Part shown: piece by piece, positions 47,947-57,957 of the stretch
How positions within the stretch are numbered: the first letter of the stretch is position 1
Layout of the letters: every line of letters begins with the position of its first letter
DNA from: an uncultured archaeon
GTDB taxonomy: Archaea > Asgardarchaeota > Thorarchaeia > Thorarchaeales > Thorarchaeaceae
Assembly (NCBI GenBank): GCA_964473825.1
Contig: CAYYQL010000002.1
Span: forward strand, 64,001 to 128,000
Length of the DNA: 64,000 nucleotides
Direction of reading: 5' to 3'
Notes under the pieces: model-generated
What the model was told of the DNA's origin: nothing
The model's database searches: none
Seen by the model: only the letters and a program-made list of their open reading frames with translations
Translations under genes and position numbers: made by a program

Positions 47947-49188
47947 TCAAGAGCTCATATGTATCAGTTTGCTAAGACCGGTGAGAAAACGGTCTACATC
48001 TTCTGTGTTATTGTAGATATAGAAGCTGGCTCGGACTGAACCGTTCTCGGGATTGAGTCCCAGCTGATAATGAAATGGACCTGCACAGTGCCACCCGCTT
48101 CTCACCATCACACCGAATTCTGTGTCAAGGAAGGTAGCGACATCATGAGCAGACTGTACGGTATCCACTGTAAAGGTAACAAGACCAGTTCTGATGGTAA
48201 TATCGCTGGTTCCGATTATGTGCACATTCTCCATACTCAGGAGCTTCTCAAGAGCATGAGATAGCAGGGTCTTTTCACGTTTCTCAATTTCCTTCATTCC
48301 GATTGCTTGAAGATACTCAGCGGCGGCTCCCGCACCGATGGCACCAGCATAATTCTGAAGACCTGCCTCGAACTTCTCTGGAGGGGGCAAATATTCTGGA
48401 ATAATCTGCCCGTTTTCGAACCGTACATCTGCAACGGTATCGCCTCCAGTTAGAAACATGTCCATCTCGCTGAGAAGACTTGACTTCCCGTATAGAAGGC
48501 CCATGCCCGAAGGCCCACACATTTTGTGTACTGATATGGCGGAGAAGTCAACATCCGAGGCTTGGACATCCATGGGATGATGAGGAGCGTACTGGGCATC
48601 GTCAGAGAGAACAAGAGCCCCCTGATCATGGGCTAATTCGGTGATCGCCTCCAAAGGAGCAACAGTTCCTGTGACATTGGAAGAGTGAACAACCGACACC
48701 ATACGCGTATCGTGGTCGATTGCCTCTTTCCATGCTTCAATGTCGAACGTGCCATCTGATTCCGCCTTGACGATCTCAACCCTCAGATTATCTCGTCTGG
48801 CACGTTCCACAAAGGGCAGCGAACCGCTATGGTGCTCCAATGTTGTTGTGACAATCTTTGATCCTGCAGGAATTTTCACAGATCGAGCTACTATGTTTAT
48901 CGATTCGGTTGCATTCCGGGTCCAAATACATTCATGGGGGCTGTCTGCATTGATAAATTCCGCAAACTTCTCCCTTGCTCTGGCATACGCTTCAGAAACC
49001 TCCTTTCCAAAGGTATGAATGCTCCGACCCCCACAGGCGGGATACCTCTCGTAGTATTCGTTCATGGCATCAATAACCCGCCGTGGCTTCAGTGCCATAC
49101 AGGCACTGTCAAGATAGACAGGATTGTGTCCATTTATGGTTCTCTTCAGTGCTGGGAAATCATTGCGGATTCTGTTCCAGTCGACCAC
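47947..49188 (-). CDS. sufS: cysteine desulfurase, SufS-like
   Basis: YLDSAC, EHHS, DDAQ, SVHKMCGPSG, EAG, RSGWHCA, RASFYIYN. Confidence 0.92.
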   Translation of the reverse strand: MVDWNRIRNDFPALKRTINGHNPVYLDSACMALKPRRVIDAMNEYYERYPACGGRSIHTFGKEVSEAYARAREKFAEFINADSPHECIWTRNATESINIVARSVKIPAGSKIVTTTLEHHSGSLPFVERARRDNLRVEIVKAESDGTFDIEAWKEAIDHDTRMVSVVHSSNVTGTVAPLEAITELAHDQGALVLSDDAQYAPHHPMDVQASDVDFSAISVHKMCGPSGMGLLYGKSSLLSEMDMFLTGGDTVADVRFENGQIIPEYLPPPEKFEAGLQNYAGAIGAGAAAEYLQAIGMKEIEKREKTLLSHALEKLLSMENVHIIGTSDITIRTGLVTFTVDTVQSAHDVATFLDTEFGVMVRSGWHCAGPFHYQLGLNPENGSVRASFYIYNNTEDVDRFLTGLSKLIHMSS

Positions 49189-49190
49189 GG

Positions 49191-49424
49191 CTATTTCCTC
49201 GTCAATTGCCAGCGATAGCCACCCTTGCCAAATTCTCTGGTTACAAGTCCTCTGTCGACCAGTTGGTTGGCAGCTGCCACAAAAGCATCACCACCAGCAC
49301 AGTCCGAACAGAGCTCCGCATACTGAGCGCTTTGTGCATACTTGAGTATCTCCGAAGTTGTTAGAGAGCCGGCATCTTCCAGTATCGTGAGAACACATCT
49401 CGCATTTGCTGTGAGGGTTGACAT
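49191..49424 (-). CDS. small winged-helix-like protein with CxxC, cotranscribed with sufS
   Basis: 77 aa, LTTSEIL...CSDC...LVDRGLVTREFGKGGYRW; ends 2 nt before the sufS start. Confidence 0.65.
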   Translation of the reverse strand: MSTLTANARCVLTILEDAGSLTTSEILKYAQSAQYAELCSDCAGGDAFVAAANQLVDRGLVTREFGKGGYRWQLTRK

Positions 49425-49720
49425 CAATTTCGGCTCGGCGAGAAGGACAATATGAAGGCTTCTATCGAGTATCTGTGGATTATTCTTAACGGCTCTGTGT
49501 GAAAAGTCGACGAAAGGACAAGAATTAGAAACATTCACACTATACCGTGCACGAATCTCAAAGGCGTCATCGCTTTTTGTGACCGTAATAATTCATGGTT
49601 GATGAGTTTTCACACAGCGCCATTCTTAACAAAATGCTTAAAACGGCTCCACCATGGAGCAGCTTGCTCTCTTTCTATCAGGGCTAGGCTCTGTTGTGAG
49701 AAAAGACAAGGTGGTTCGTT

Positions 49721-49972
49721 ATGGGACGAAGACGCAGACAGAAGGTTAGCAGAAGGCCAAGGAAGAGGATTCCCGATGTCTATCCATGTCCAGACTGTGG
49801 AAACACAGCGATTAAGATAGAGCTCTACCGGAAGAATGCGATGGCCATGGTTAAATGCGGATCTTGCGGCCTTGAGATGACCATAGAAGATGTCAATGAG
49901 CTGACAGAACCCGTTGATATCTATGGCAGCTTCATAGATGAGTTCTATGAACAAAGGAAGGCAGAAGCATAG
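49721..49972 (+). CDS. elf1: transcription elongation factor Elf1
   Basis: MGRRRR...YPCPDCG...VKCGSCG...EPVDIY..FID. Confidence 0.93.
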   Translation: MGRRRRQKVSRRPRKRIPDVYPCPDCGNTAIKIELYRKNAMAMVKCGSCGLEMTIEDVNELTEPVDIYGSFIDEFYEQRKAEA

Positions 49973-49987
49973 ATACGTTCCTTGTAA

Positions 49988-50162
49988 TTCAGGAGTAATG
50001 AAAATACCCCCTTTTCCTAGTTAATCTGTCAGACAAAAGTGTAAGATTCCCCCCTTGCTGACATCTTGCTCTAGACGCTGGCAGAGGAGGGGTGGAACGC
50101 AGAAGTCTCTTACAGGGGAGGCTCACTCACCAAACTGTAAGAAACAGATTATTATCAGGAAC
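49988..50162 (+). repeat. ~175-bp structured repeat, copy A
   Basis: TTCAGG..TAATGAAAATACCCCC...ACAGATTATTATCAGGAAC, near-identical to the reverse complement of 47691-47875. Confidence 0.95.
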
Positions 50163-50200
50163 GATTATAAGCCAGATTCTTTGGAGGAAACACGATTCAC

Positions 50201-50317
50201 ATGCAAGCCAATTTGTACACTCAGATAATTGGACTCGTTCTAACAGGGTTCGGAATTCTTGCCCTACTACTGAGCCTGATTTATACTGTTTATGGTGATG
50301 ATGAACCCGAAGAATAG
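50201..50317 (+). CDS. putative 38-aa single-TM microprotein
   Basis: MQANLYTQIIGLVLTGFGILALLLSLIYTVYGDDEPEE; TTATAA at ~50165 and GGAGG at ~50183 upstream. Confidence 0.5.
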   Translation: MQANLYTQIIGLVLTGFGILALLLSLIYTVYGDDEPEE

Positions 50318-50572
50318 CGCGATAAGGGTCTCGCATAGATGACAGACTCGCACACTCAATCACTAGAGTAACAGACAGTTCCTTCCCAAAGACTTCTTTT
50401 CCTCACTGCTGGAGCTAGCAGAAAATCAAAGCGAAGCTTGCCTGGGTTTGTAAGACCCGGAAGACAGCAGTATGGATAACAAGAGATGATAAGCACGGAG
50501 ATGCCGCTGTGAGAAGGGATATCCGCATCTTGATTAAGAAGACCCGGCACGTGTTGATGGGGACAACTTGAT

Positions 50573-53410
50573 ATGGATGCCTTCGATTTGCTTGACAGAA
50601 AGATAACAGACTTCCTGTCCGAAAATGGCATTACATCTCCCACTCCCATTCAGAAAGAAGCAATTCCGCAGATTCTAAAGGGAGAGGAGAACTCTCTACT
50701 TCTGGCCCCAACGGGAAGTGGAAAGACGGAGGCTGCAGTGCTTCCTCTTCTGAACAGACTGAATGAGATGCGCCACAGAAAGGAGCTCTTCGGCTTCTAT
50801 GTACTCTATGTGACTCCTCTAAGAGCATTGAATAGAGACGTCTTCAAGCGAATCGAAGGTCTATGTGAACACTTGGATCTATCAGTTCAGGTAAGGCATG
50901 GTGATACAACCTCGTATCGAAGGAGAAAGCAAGCTATATCCCCTCCGAATCTCCTCATTACCACTCCTGAAACACTCCAAGCCATTCTCCCAGGTAAGCG
51001 ACTCCGATATCATCTCAAGACTGTCTTTGCTGTAGTGGTGGATGAGATACACGAACTTGCTGATAGTAAGAGAGGGACACAGCTTAGCATAGGGCTTGAC
51101 AGGTTAGAAAGGCTGGTTGGGAAAAGGATTCAAAGGATAGGGCTCTCAGCTACAGTGGGCAACCCTGACGACGTGGCTGCGCTCTTGTCAGGTCCTAAAA
51201 GGCACGTCAGAAAGATATGGGCCGGTTATGATGCTCGCCAGATGCAACTGGATGTCGTATTACCACAACCAACTGATGGCGATAGTGGGGTTGCACGGCG
51301 CTTGCATTATCCTCCATATTCGACCGCTCGGCTTAGATACATAGTTGAACAGATTGCCAATCATAAATCTACAATAGTGTTTACTAACACGAGGGCTTTT
51401 GCAGAGATTCTCGGGTCAAAGATGAGAGGGCTGAGTCCGCCGTTTGAGTTTGATGTTCACCATGGATCGCTCTCAAAAGATGTGCGCCTCGCTGCAGAAG
51501 ATAGACTCAAGGATGGCATTTCGAAGGCCATTGTGGCAACATCGAGTCTTGAGCTTGGTATCGATATCGGGCAGGCCGATCTTGTCATCCAATATAGTTC
51601 TCCAAGAGAAGTCAGGCGTGCATTACAGAGAACTGGGCGCGCAGGACATGGAATAGGACGAGTGGCAAAAGGGCTGTTCATTGCAACAGCTAACCTAGAT
51701 GATATTACTGAGTCTGCAGTCATAGTGCGTAGAGCACTCTCAAACAAAGTAGAACCAGCAGCAATCCCGGAGAAATCTTGGGATGTTCTATGTCATCAGA
51801 TTGCCGGTGTGTTATTGGATGAAGACAGCTTGAGTCTTGACGAGTTGCACAGTCGCATTCAGGTGTCTTATCCCTTCAGAGATACTACTCGTGAGGAACT
51901 AAAGCGGTTATTAGATTTCATGATAGACAGGAAGCTGGTCAAGAGAGTGGGGACAGCAATTGAACGTTGGGGAAAAACTCGGATCTTCTATTATGAGAGG
52001 TTGAGTACGATTCCGGATGTCCATCAGGTAACTGCGGTCGACATAAGCTCTAGAACGGGAATTGGAGTGCTTGATGAGGATTATGTGTCTGAGAACATAG
52101 GGCCTGGATCTCTATTTGTTATCCGCGGCAGACCGTATAGAGTCGTAAGCATAGAAGAAGATGAGGTTCTATGTGCCCCTGCTGGAGAAGAGGACAGTGA
52201 TGCTCCACGTTGGATTGGTGAGATGATACCCGTTCCGTTTGAAGTTGCTACTGAGGTGGCAGATGTCTGGGGCAGAGTAGGACGAATGGGAAGAAAACAC
52301 ATCGCTTCTTGGTTGACACAACAATACAGGATGTCGGATGCCGCTCAGAAGCATCTCATTGACATGGTGGACAAGAGCATAGAGGCGCTTGGAACACTCT
52401 CCTCCGCGGACAGGATTGTTATCGAGGACTTTGGAGAGGGAATAGTCATCCATGCACCATATGGAACAAAGACGAATGAAACACTTGGAATTGTAGTTGC
52501 ATCTCTCTTGACCACAAGGAGTGGGGTAGATGTGGCGGTTGAACAAGACCCATATCGAATCTTACTCTCATCTTCAGAGAGGATAGATCCACAACATGTG
52601 GTGGATATATTCTCCGACTATGCTCCGTTGCAAGCTTCCACAGTTCTCAGACTGGCAATGAAGAACACACAGACTTTCTCGTCCCGATTTGTTCATGTAG
52701 CAAGACGAATGGATGTGATTCGCAGAGATGCCAAGCTTCGAGAGGTGCCCGTACGACTTCTTATTGCTATCTATGAAGAGACTCCCGTATTCGAGGAGGC
52801 AATGAGAGAGGTGATTGCGGATAAGATGGACGAGCGGCGTGCAATGGATGTATTCGATAAAGTACGGAGTGACAAGATCGAATTGCAAATAGTAAGAACA
52901 GCCGAACCTTCGCCTCTAGCCCGTCTGATAATCGAAGAGAGAACCCGGTTTGAAGTAATGGGGGAGATAACGGAGGAACACGAGGTGCTTCGAATGATGG
53001 AGGAGAGACTTATGTCAAGCAAATTCAGATTGCTATGTATTAATCGGCACTGGAACTCGGTCCGAACCATTTCAACCCTTGAAGACAAGGTCAGCTGCCC
53101 CGTCTGTGGGTCGAGAATGGTCTTGGCAATTCATCCATCACAGAAAGACCTAGAGAGAGTATTGACAAAGGTTTCAAAGGGAGAGAAGCTCTCTCCAGAT
53201 GAAGAGAAGGAATACAAAAGGGCGATGCTGTCAGCTTCCCTGGTTTCAGAGTACGGAAAGACTGCGCTCATGGTACTTGCGGGAAGAGGAATTGGGCCCA
53301 GTACTGCTTCACGTATACTGCGGCCGAGCCGTGTAACAAGAAGGGACTTGCTACAGGAGATAGCAAAGGCGGAGAAGATGTATGCAAGAACGCGACAATT
53401 CTGGGACTAA
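50573..53410 (+). CDS. lhr: Lhr-like DEAD/H-box helicase
   Basis: APTGSGKT, TPLRALNRD, VDEIHE, LSAT, HHGSLS, SLELGID, QRTGRAGH. Confidence 0.94.
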   Translation: MDAFDLLDRKITDFLSENGITSPTPIQKEAIPQILKGEENSLLLAPTGSGKTEAAVLPLLNRLNEMRHRKELFGFYVLYVTPLRALNRDVFKRIEGLCEHLDLSVQVRHGDTTSYRRRKQAISPPNLLITTPETLQAILPGKRLRYHLKTVFAVVVDEIHELADSKRGTQLSIGLDRLERLVGKRIQRIGLSATVGNPDDVAALLSGPKRHVRKIWAGYDARQMQLDVVLPQPTDGDSGVARRLHYPPYSTARLRYIVEQIANHKSTIVFTNTRAFAEILGSKMRGLSPPFEFDVHHGSLSKDVRLAAEDRLKDGISKAIVATSSLELGIDIGQADLVIQYSSPREVRRALQRTGRAGHGIGRVAKGLFIATANLDDITESAVIVRRALSNKVEPAAIPEKSWDVLCHQIAGVLLDEDSLSLDELHSRIQVSYPFRDTTREELKRLLDFMIDRKLVKRVGTAIERWGKTRIFYYERLSTIPDVHQVTAVDISSRTGIGVLDEDYVSENIGPGSLFVIRGRPYRVVSIEEDEVLCAPAGEEDSDAPRWIGEMIPVPFEVATEVADVWGRVGRMGRKHIASWLTQQYRMSDAAQKHLIDMVDKSIEALGTLSSADRIVIEDFGEGIVIHAPYGTKTNETLGIVVASLLTTRSGVDVAVEQDPYRILLSSSERIDPQHVVDIFSDYAPLQASTVLRLAMKNTQTFSSRFVHVARRMDVIRRDAKLREVPVRLLIAIYEETPVFEEAMREVIADKMDERRAMDVFDKVRSDKIELQIVRTAEPSPLARLIIEERTRFEVMGEITEEHEVLRMMEERLMSSKFRLLCINRHWNSVRTISTLEDKVSCPVCGSRMVLAIHPSQKDLERVLTKVSKGEKLSPDEEKEYKRAMLSASLVSEYGKTALMVLAGRGIGPSTASRILRPSRVTRRDLLQEIAKAEKMYARTRQFWD

Positions 53411-53996
53411 GAAGCCTCTTGTGGTGTTTGCAGGTAGAAGTAACGTCGGAAAGAGCAGCACGATAAGAGCTCTTACGGGGGTAAAACTCCGCGTAGGCAA
53501 GAAACCCGGCAGTACACGAAGAGAAAGAAAGGTGGATCTTGGATCCGTAATGCTTGTTGATATACCCGGATTTGGCTACATGAGTGGGACTAGCAAGACT
53601 GACATAGAGAAGATGAAGGTGAATCTGGTCCAACAGCTGGAAGAGTGGAGTGATGACATAATACTCGGTGTGTTGGTACTGGACATCTCGATATTCAGAG
53701 AGATTGCCGAGAGATGGGAAAGTCGAGGTGAGATTCCCATCGATGTGGAATTCTATACGTTTCTAAACGAAATAGCGAACAATGTTCTGGTCATTGCAAA
53801 CAAAATAGACAAGGTGAAGAAGAAGAATCGCCATGATGAACTCGAGTTTCTTAGATACAAACTCATAGCATCTATGCCTACAGTTGAACCATTGATTATG
53901 CCTATATCGGCCTCAAGAGAACAGGGAATCGGACAATTGAGAGGCATCATTACAGAGATGATACAGGCAGCAGGGCTTGGCAGCCCACGATGGTAG
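53382..53996 (+). CDS. engB: GTP-binding protein EngB/YihA
   Basis: GRSNVGKSS, PGSTR, DIPGFG, NKID, SAS. Confidence 0.92.
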   Translation: MQERDNSGTKKPLVVFAGRSNVGKSSTIRALTGVKLRVGKKPGSTRRERKVDLGSVMLVDIPGFGYMSGTSKTDIEKMKVNLVQQLEEWSDDIILGVLVLDISIFREIAERWESRGEIPIDVEFYTFLNEIANNVLVIANKIDKVKKKNRHDELEFLRYKLIASMPTVEPLIMPISASREQGIGQLRGIITEMIQAAGLGSPRW

Positions 53997-54003
53997 CTCC
54001 CTG

Positions 54004-55110
54004 TTATCGTTTCTTCTTCAACATGTAGTAGGCTACACCGACGAGGAAGACTGCAGTCGAGATTGCAATCAATGGTTCTACCGCACTGGGTGGTTCCACA
54101 AAGCCCTCCGATAGCCAATCGAGCATATTCATGAATAGACGGGAATTGTCAGCTGAATAGAACCACTGCTGCTCAGTTCTGGAATCGGAATCAGGAAGAT
54201 CCAAGGTACGACCGGAAAACATTATGGTAGACCCTGAAACAACCACTCTGCTGTTTCCATATTCAAAGGCGCTCAACCATGGAGGATATGTTCCATTGAT
54301 AGCGGAATAAGACCGAGGGCGTTCCTCAAATTCGGCCAAAGACATGTTGGGGAAGGAGAAGTTGGCAAATGTATTAGGCCCACGTCTATACTGAGCGAAA
54401 GATGATTCGGAACCAGTAGCAACAACACCAACTGCATCAAGTGGTTTTAGAGTGGCCGTCATAAGAACGAGTTCGTTTATGTCACGAAAGATAGGATGCT
54501 CTAGGTTCCAGTTGTTTGTGTCCATTCGCAGAACCCAATGATGGCTCTCATTCAGGGCCAAATCATAGTCGAACATTGCATCTTGCCAGTATCTATCAGC
54601 GCCAGTTTCGTTGATACTGAAACGTACTCCCGTGATATTCAGTGCATCCAGAACCCGGTTTACTGCAATGTTATCACCTAAATCCTGAAATGGCTGCTCA
54701 GTCCAATAGGTGGAATTCTGACTGATTGCAGGATCGCCTAGAACTAGGAGCGAACTCCCGTTATTCAGCATCTCTTTGATGGCAGATACTTCTTCTATCT
54801 CAAACTCAGAGCTTCTGTCAGGCGATGCAACTATCAAGATATCGACATCTTCGAGAATTGTAACGTTGATGGGGGAACCCTGATGCACTTTCAAAAGGTA
54901 CCTGGTTGATGCATTTACCATGTCAAGCATGAGTTTTAGACCCTTCTCCTCGTTATCTGCAGAGAATTGAGGCGCATGGCTTGCATCATAGAGGACCACA
55001 ACAGGATCAAGTTCTCCTTGTGCCCGGGCCTCCATCTGAAAATTTGTGAATATAATCATGAAAGCGATGACGGCTACACAGACCTTAGTGAGTTTCCCGA
55101 GCTTTATCAT
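54004..55110 (-). CDS. secreted, C-terminally anchored protein with a GATase-like (GIFT/DUF4350-type) domain
   Basis: Signal peptide, VLYDASH...DILIVASP...GSSLLVLGD...N..LF.N.L.WL, C-terminal TM helix plus KKKR; many NxS/T sequons. Confidence 0.7.
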   Translation of the reverse strand: MIKLGKLTKVCVAVIAFMIIFTNFQMEARAQGELDPVVVLYDASHAPQFSADNEEKGLKLMLDMVNASTRYLLKVHQGSPINVTILEDVDILIVASPDRSSEFEIEEVSAIKEMLNNGSSLLVLGDPAISQNSTYWTEQPFQDLGDNIAVNRVLDALNITGVRFSINETGADRYWQDAMFDYDLALNESHHWVLRMDTNNWNLEHPIFRDINELVLMTATLKPLDAVGVVATGSESSFAQYRRGPNTFANFSFPNMSLAEFEERPRSYSAINGTYPPWLSAFEYGNSRVVVSGSTIMFSGRTLDLPDSDSRTEQQWFYSADNSRLFMNMLDWLSEGFVEPPSAVEPLIAISTAVFLVGVAYYMLKKKR

Positions 55111-55200
55111 ATGCTCCTTCCGACCTTTCTTGCTCTGTCAGCGTGGTCGAATCGGGGCGATGTTAAAAACTTATCTTCAGATCCGTTGCAGGGACTCTCT

Positions 55201-55608
55201 TCAGTCGGTCCTGCGCCACCTAGTGTAGAGTCTTCTTCTTTCAGAATCACTGGTTTCAGCATTCTCCTGTAACTCCCGAACCTCCGCTATTCGTTGGGCA
55301 AGCATATGATAACACATCTCAAACTCGTGTGCAATAACCACAGATTGGTAGAAACTTCTGCAGCTGCAGTAGACATCCGGAATCACCAAGTACTCGCGCT
55401 TTCCGCCTCGCACAGTCCATGTAGTTGTATCACTTGGTAAGAAATGATAACAAATAACACGCTTCTCTTCTACCGCTCGCAATGCTCTGATAAATCGATT
55501 GTTGTACTTGTTACGAAAATACTGAATAGTATCCTGAGTCAGCTCGTCCTCTGAAAGCAAACGAATCTCATAGGGATTGAGCGGCATTGTTCTCATAGTT
55601 CTGTTCAC
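55201..55608 (-). CDS. SWIM zinc-finger protein
   Basis: YCSCRSF...CYH motif. Confidence 0.85.
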   Translation of the reverse strand: MNRTMRTMPLNPYEIRLLSEDELTQDTIQYFRNKYNNRFIRALRAVEEKRVICYHFLPSDTTTWTVRGGKREYLVIPDVYCSCRSFYQSVVIAHEFEMCYHMLAQRIAEVRELQENAETSDSERRRLYTRWRRTD

Positions 55609-55648
55609 AAGACCATGTTAAAATGATATAGATTTCTCAAAGCACCAT

Positions 55649-56476
55649 ATGGAAACCATCTTCGACGACAGGGCACTAGTTCTTCGGGCGGATGATGAAA
55701 ATATTCTACATATAGCAGACCTACATCTTGGCCTTCACGAAGCTTTGCACCAAGAAAAGGGAGTTGCTTTTCCGCCACAAGACCAGCCTATGCTGCAACG
55801 CATCAAATCGCTCATTTACAAGCACGATGTGGAGAGGCTCTACATTCTAGGTGATGTCAAGCACGAGATTCTTGTGGATCATGCACATCATTGGGACAGA
55901 ATCCCACATTTTATGGAGTGTCTTACAAGAATGGCCGAGGTGAGCGTCATACCAGGTAACCATGATGGTGATCTATCTGTGCTTCTTCCAAGGGATGTAG
56001 AGATACTGGATGTGAGAGGGCATACGATTGCCAACGGAAGAATAGGACTCATCCACGGTCATGCTTGGCCAAATCGTAGTATTCTTGACGCGTCGCTTAT
56101 TGTGTGTGGTCACAGCCATCCTGGTGTGAAACGGTATCGAAGAGCTGATGTGCCCGATATTCATCATCCAAAACGAGTCAGATATGCAGGCACACTCCCG
56201 GTCTTTCTTCGCTCCAGCTTGGACAAAAACTGTGTCAGAGAGAAGCTCGGAGTGCCACCCTCTGTAGACACAAATCGTGCAACCCTTCTCACAATGCCGA
56301 GCTTCAACAAACTTGTTTCGGGTGGAGGGATTGACAACAAAGGTTCAGGATTGCAGGGGCCACTGTTTAGAAGCGGCTGTGTTAGTGTGGCTGACTCAGA
56401 AGTATACAGCATCGATGGGCTGTTCTTGGGTACGATAGCATCCATCATAAAGCAGCTCAACGAAACGATTAAATGA
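55649..56476 (+). CDS. metallophosphoesterase
   Basis: ADLHLG, LGDVKH, PGNHD, HGH, GHSHP. Confidence 0.92.
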   Translation: METIFDDRALVLRADDENILHIADLHLGLHEALHQEKGVAFPPQDQPMLQRIKSLIYKHDVERLYILGDVKHEILVDHAHHWDRIPHFMECLTRMAEVSVIPGNHDGDLSVLLPRDVEILDVRGHTIANGRIGLIHGHAWPNRSILDASLIVCGHSHPGVKRYRRADVPDIHHPKRVRYAGTLPVFLRSSLDKNCVREKLGVPPSVDTNRATLLTMPSFNKLVSGGGIDNKGSGLQGPLFRSGCVSVADSEVYSIDGLFLGTIASIIKQLNETIK

Positions 56477-56503
56477 CTGCCGAGAGGGGGAGTTTCTTGT
56501 CAT

Positions 56504-56580
56504 GGGTCGGTGGTCTAGCTTGGTATGATTCTTGGTTCGGATCCAAGAGGCCGCGAGTTCAAATCTCGTCCGGCCCACCA
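56504..56580 (+). tRNA. tRNA-Pro (anticodon CGG), CCA encoded
   Basis: GGGTCGG/CCGGCCC acceptor, CTTGG-TTCGGAT-CCAAG anticodon arm, GCGAG-TTCAAAT-CTCGT T arm, A73, CCA. Confidence 0.93.
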
Positions 56581-56664
56581 TCTCTTTTCTCTTCCGTGTT
56601 TCTGCTCTTGTATAGAAATGACAACCTCCACCATGCTTTTCATGTGGCACATGCTAGATAGTAG

Positions 56665-57957
56665 TTGATTGATATGTCGCGTGTCGGGATTGTTGATATT
56701 GGTGATAGTATTGATTTGGCCGTGAAGACCATATTTGATGAAACGGTTCCTGGAGAAGAGCTTCTAGGAGAATCCGGCACAGTCTATCTGAAGCCAAATG
56801 GAATTGATTTCAAGCCCTATTCTTATACAGACAAACACGTACTCAAGGCTGTGATAGAATACTTCCGTGATTGTGGAGCCTCTGAAGTATTCGTTATGGA
56901 GAACTCGACGCAGGCAAACATGACACGGATTGTATTCAAGTTCACAGGTTATGACGATATCTGCAAGCAGACTGGTGCAAAGCCCCTCTATCTTGATGAG
57001 GAAAGCTTGGTTGAAGTAAAGCTTCCCCATTTCGAGAGGAAAGTGTCCTTCCCAAAGGTGATCGTGGAGGCTCTCATCAGGCATGGCAGCGAGAACACTT
57101 ATGTTTCACTGCCGAAACTCAAGACGCATTCCATGAGTACTGTGACCTTGGGTATCAAGAACCAGATGGCATTCCCGTCACACAGCGACAGGGGTTATCA
57201 ACATAACTACAATCTACACAGGTACTTGGCCGACATCTACAGTGTCGTGAAGCCAGACTACACTCTTATTGATGGGACCTACGCTGTATTCAATGGCCAC
57301 TATCCTCTCGAATCATTCCTTAACGAATCACTTGACAGGTTGGATATTCTCATTGGAGGGAGGAATGCATTGTCAGTTGATGTGGTTGCTGCCCGTGTGC
57401 TTGGTTACAGCCTCGAAGATGTGAAGCATCTGACGATTGTGAGCGAGGACGCACATGAAGAAGGAGATATTGAGAAGATAGAGGTTCTTGGGAATCTGAA
57501 TCGTTTTGACAGACGGTATCCATGTGAAATCCTCGACAGGATGCCTGATGATGTCCGGATTATCAGAGGTACGGAGATGCTTTGCCCAGAGGGGTGTGAT
57601 CTCAATGTGAGAATGGTCCTGCAGTTGTTGTATTTCGATTATGGGGGAAAGGGAGATTTCACCATTTTAATGGGCAAAGGATTCGACAGAAACGTTCTCG
57701 AGTCCGTCGAGGGACGGGTCTTTATTGCCGGGGATTGTGCCATAGTCGAAGCAAAAGAGATTCTTGAGAACAGACTAGGGAAGAGAAACATCTATGTTTC
57801 GCGGACCTGCAACAGGCTTGCAGACACGACGTCTGCGCTCTGTAAACTAATGGGAGTTAGCCCACTGAAATTACTGCCATCGCGATTAGCAGGTGCAAAA
57901 GCCCTGATAATGGGTAGATTGAAGGGCTCCAAAGCGCTGACTCCAAGAATCAGGTAG
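56665..57957 (+). CDS. DUF362-domain protein
   Basis: VYLKPN, LPKLKTH, TLGIKN, TLIDG, VDVVAA; C-terminal Cys cluster. Confidence 0.85.
   Translation: MIDMSRVGIVDIGDSIDLAVKTIFDETVPGEELLGESGTVYLKPNGIDFKPYSYTDKHVLKAVIEYFRDCGASEVFVMENSTQANMTRIVFKFTGYDDICKQTGAKPLYLDEESLVEVKLPHFERKVSFPKVIVEALIRHGSENTYVSLPKLKTHSMSTVTLGIKNQMAFPSHSDRGYQHNYNLHRYLADIYSVVKPDYTLIDGTYAVFNGHYPLESFLNESLDRLDILIGGRNALSVDVVAARVLGYSLEDVKHLTIVSEDAHEEGDIEKIEVLGNLNRFDRRYPCEILDRMPDDVRIIRGTEMLCPEGCDLNVRMVLQLLYFDYGGKGDFTILMGKGFDRNVLESVEGRVFIAGDCAIVEAKEILENRLGKRNIYVSRTCNRLADTTSALCKLMGVSPLKLLPSRLAGAKALIMGRLKGSKALTPRIR

Noticed and set aside
49988-50162. Repeat as a SECIS element or hammerhead ribozyme
   Set aside because: Upstream genes (elf1, sufS) have no in-frame TGA; no SECIS kink-turn geometry or CUGANGA/GAAA core recognised
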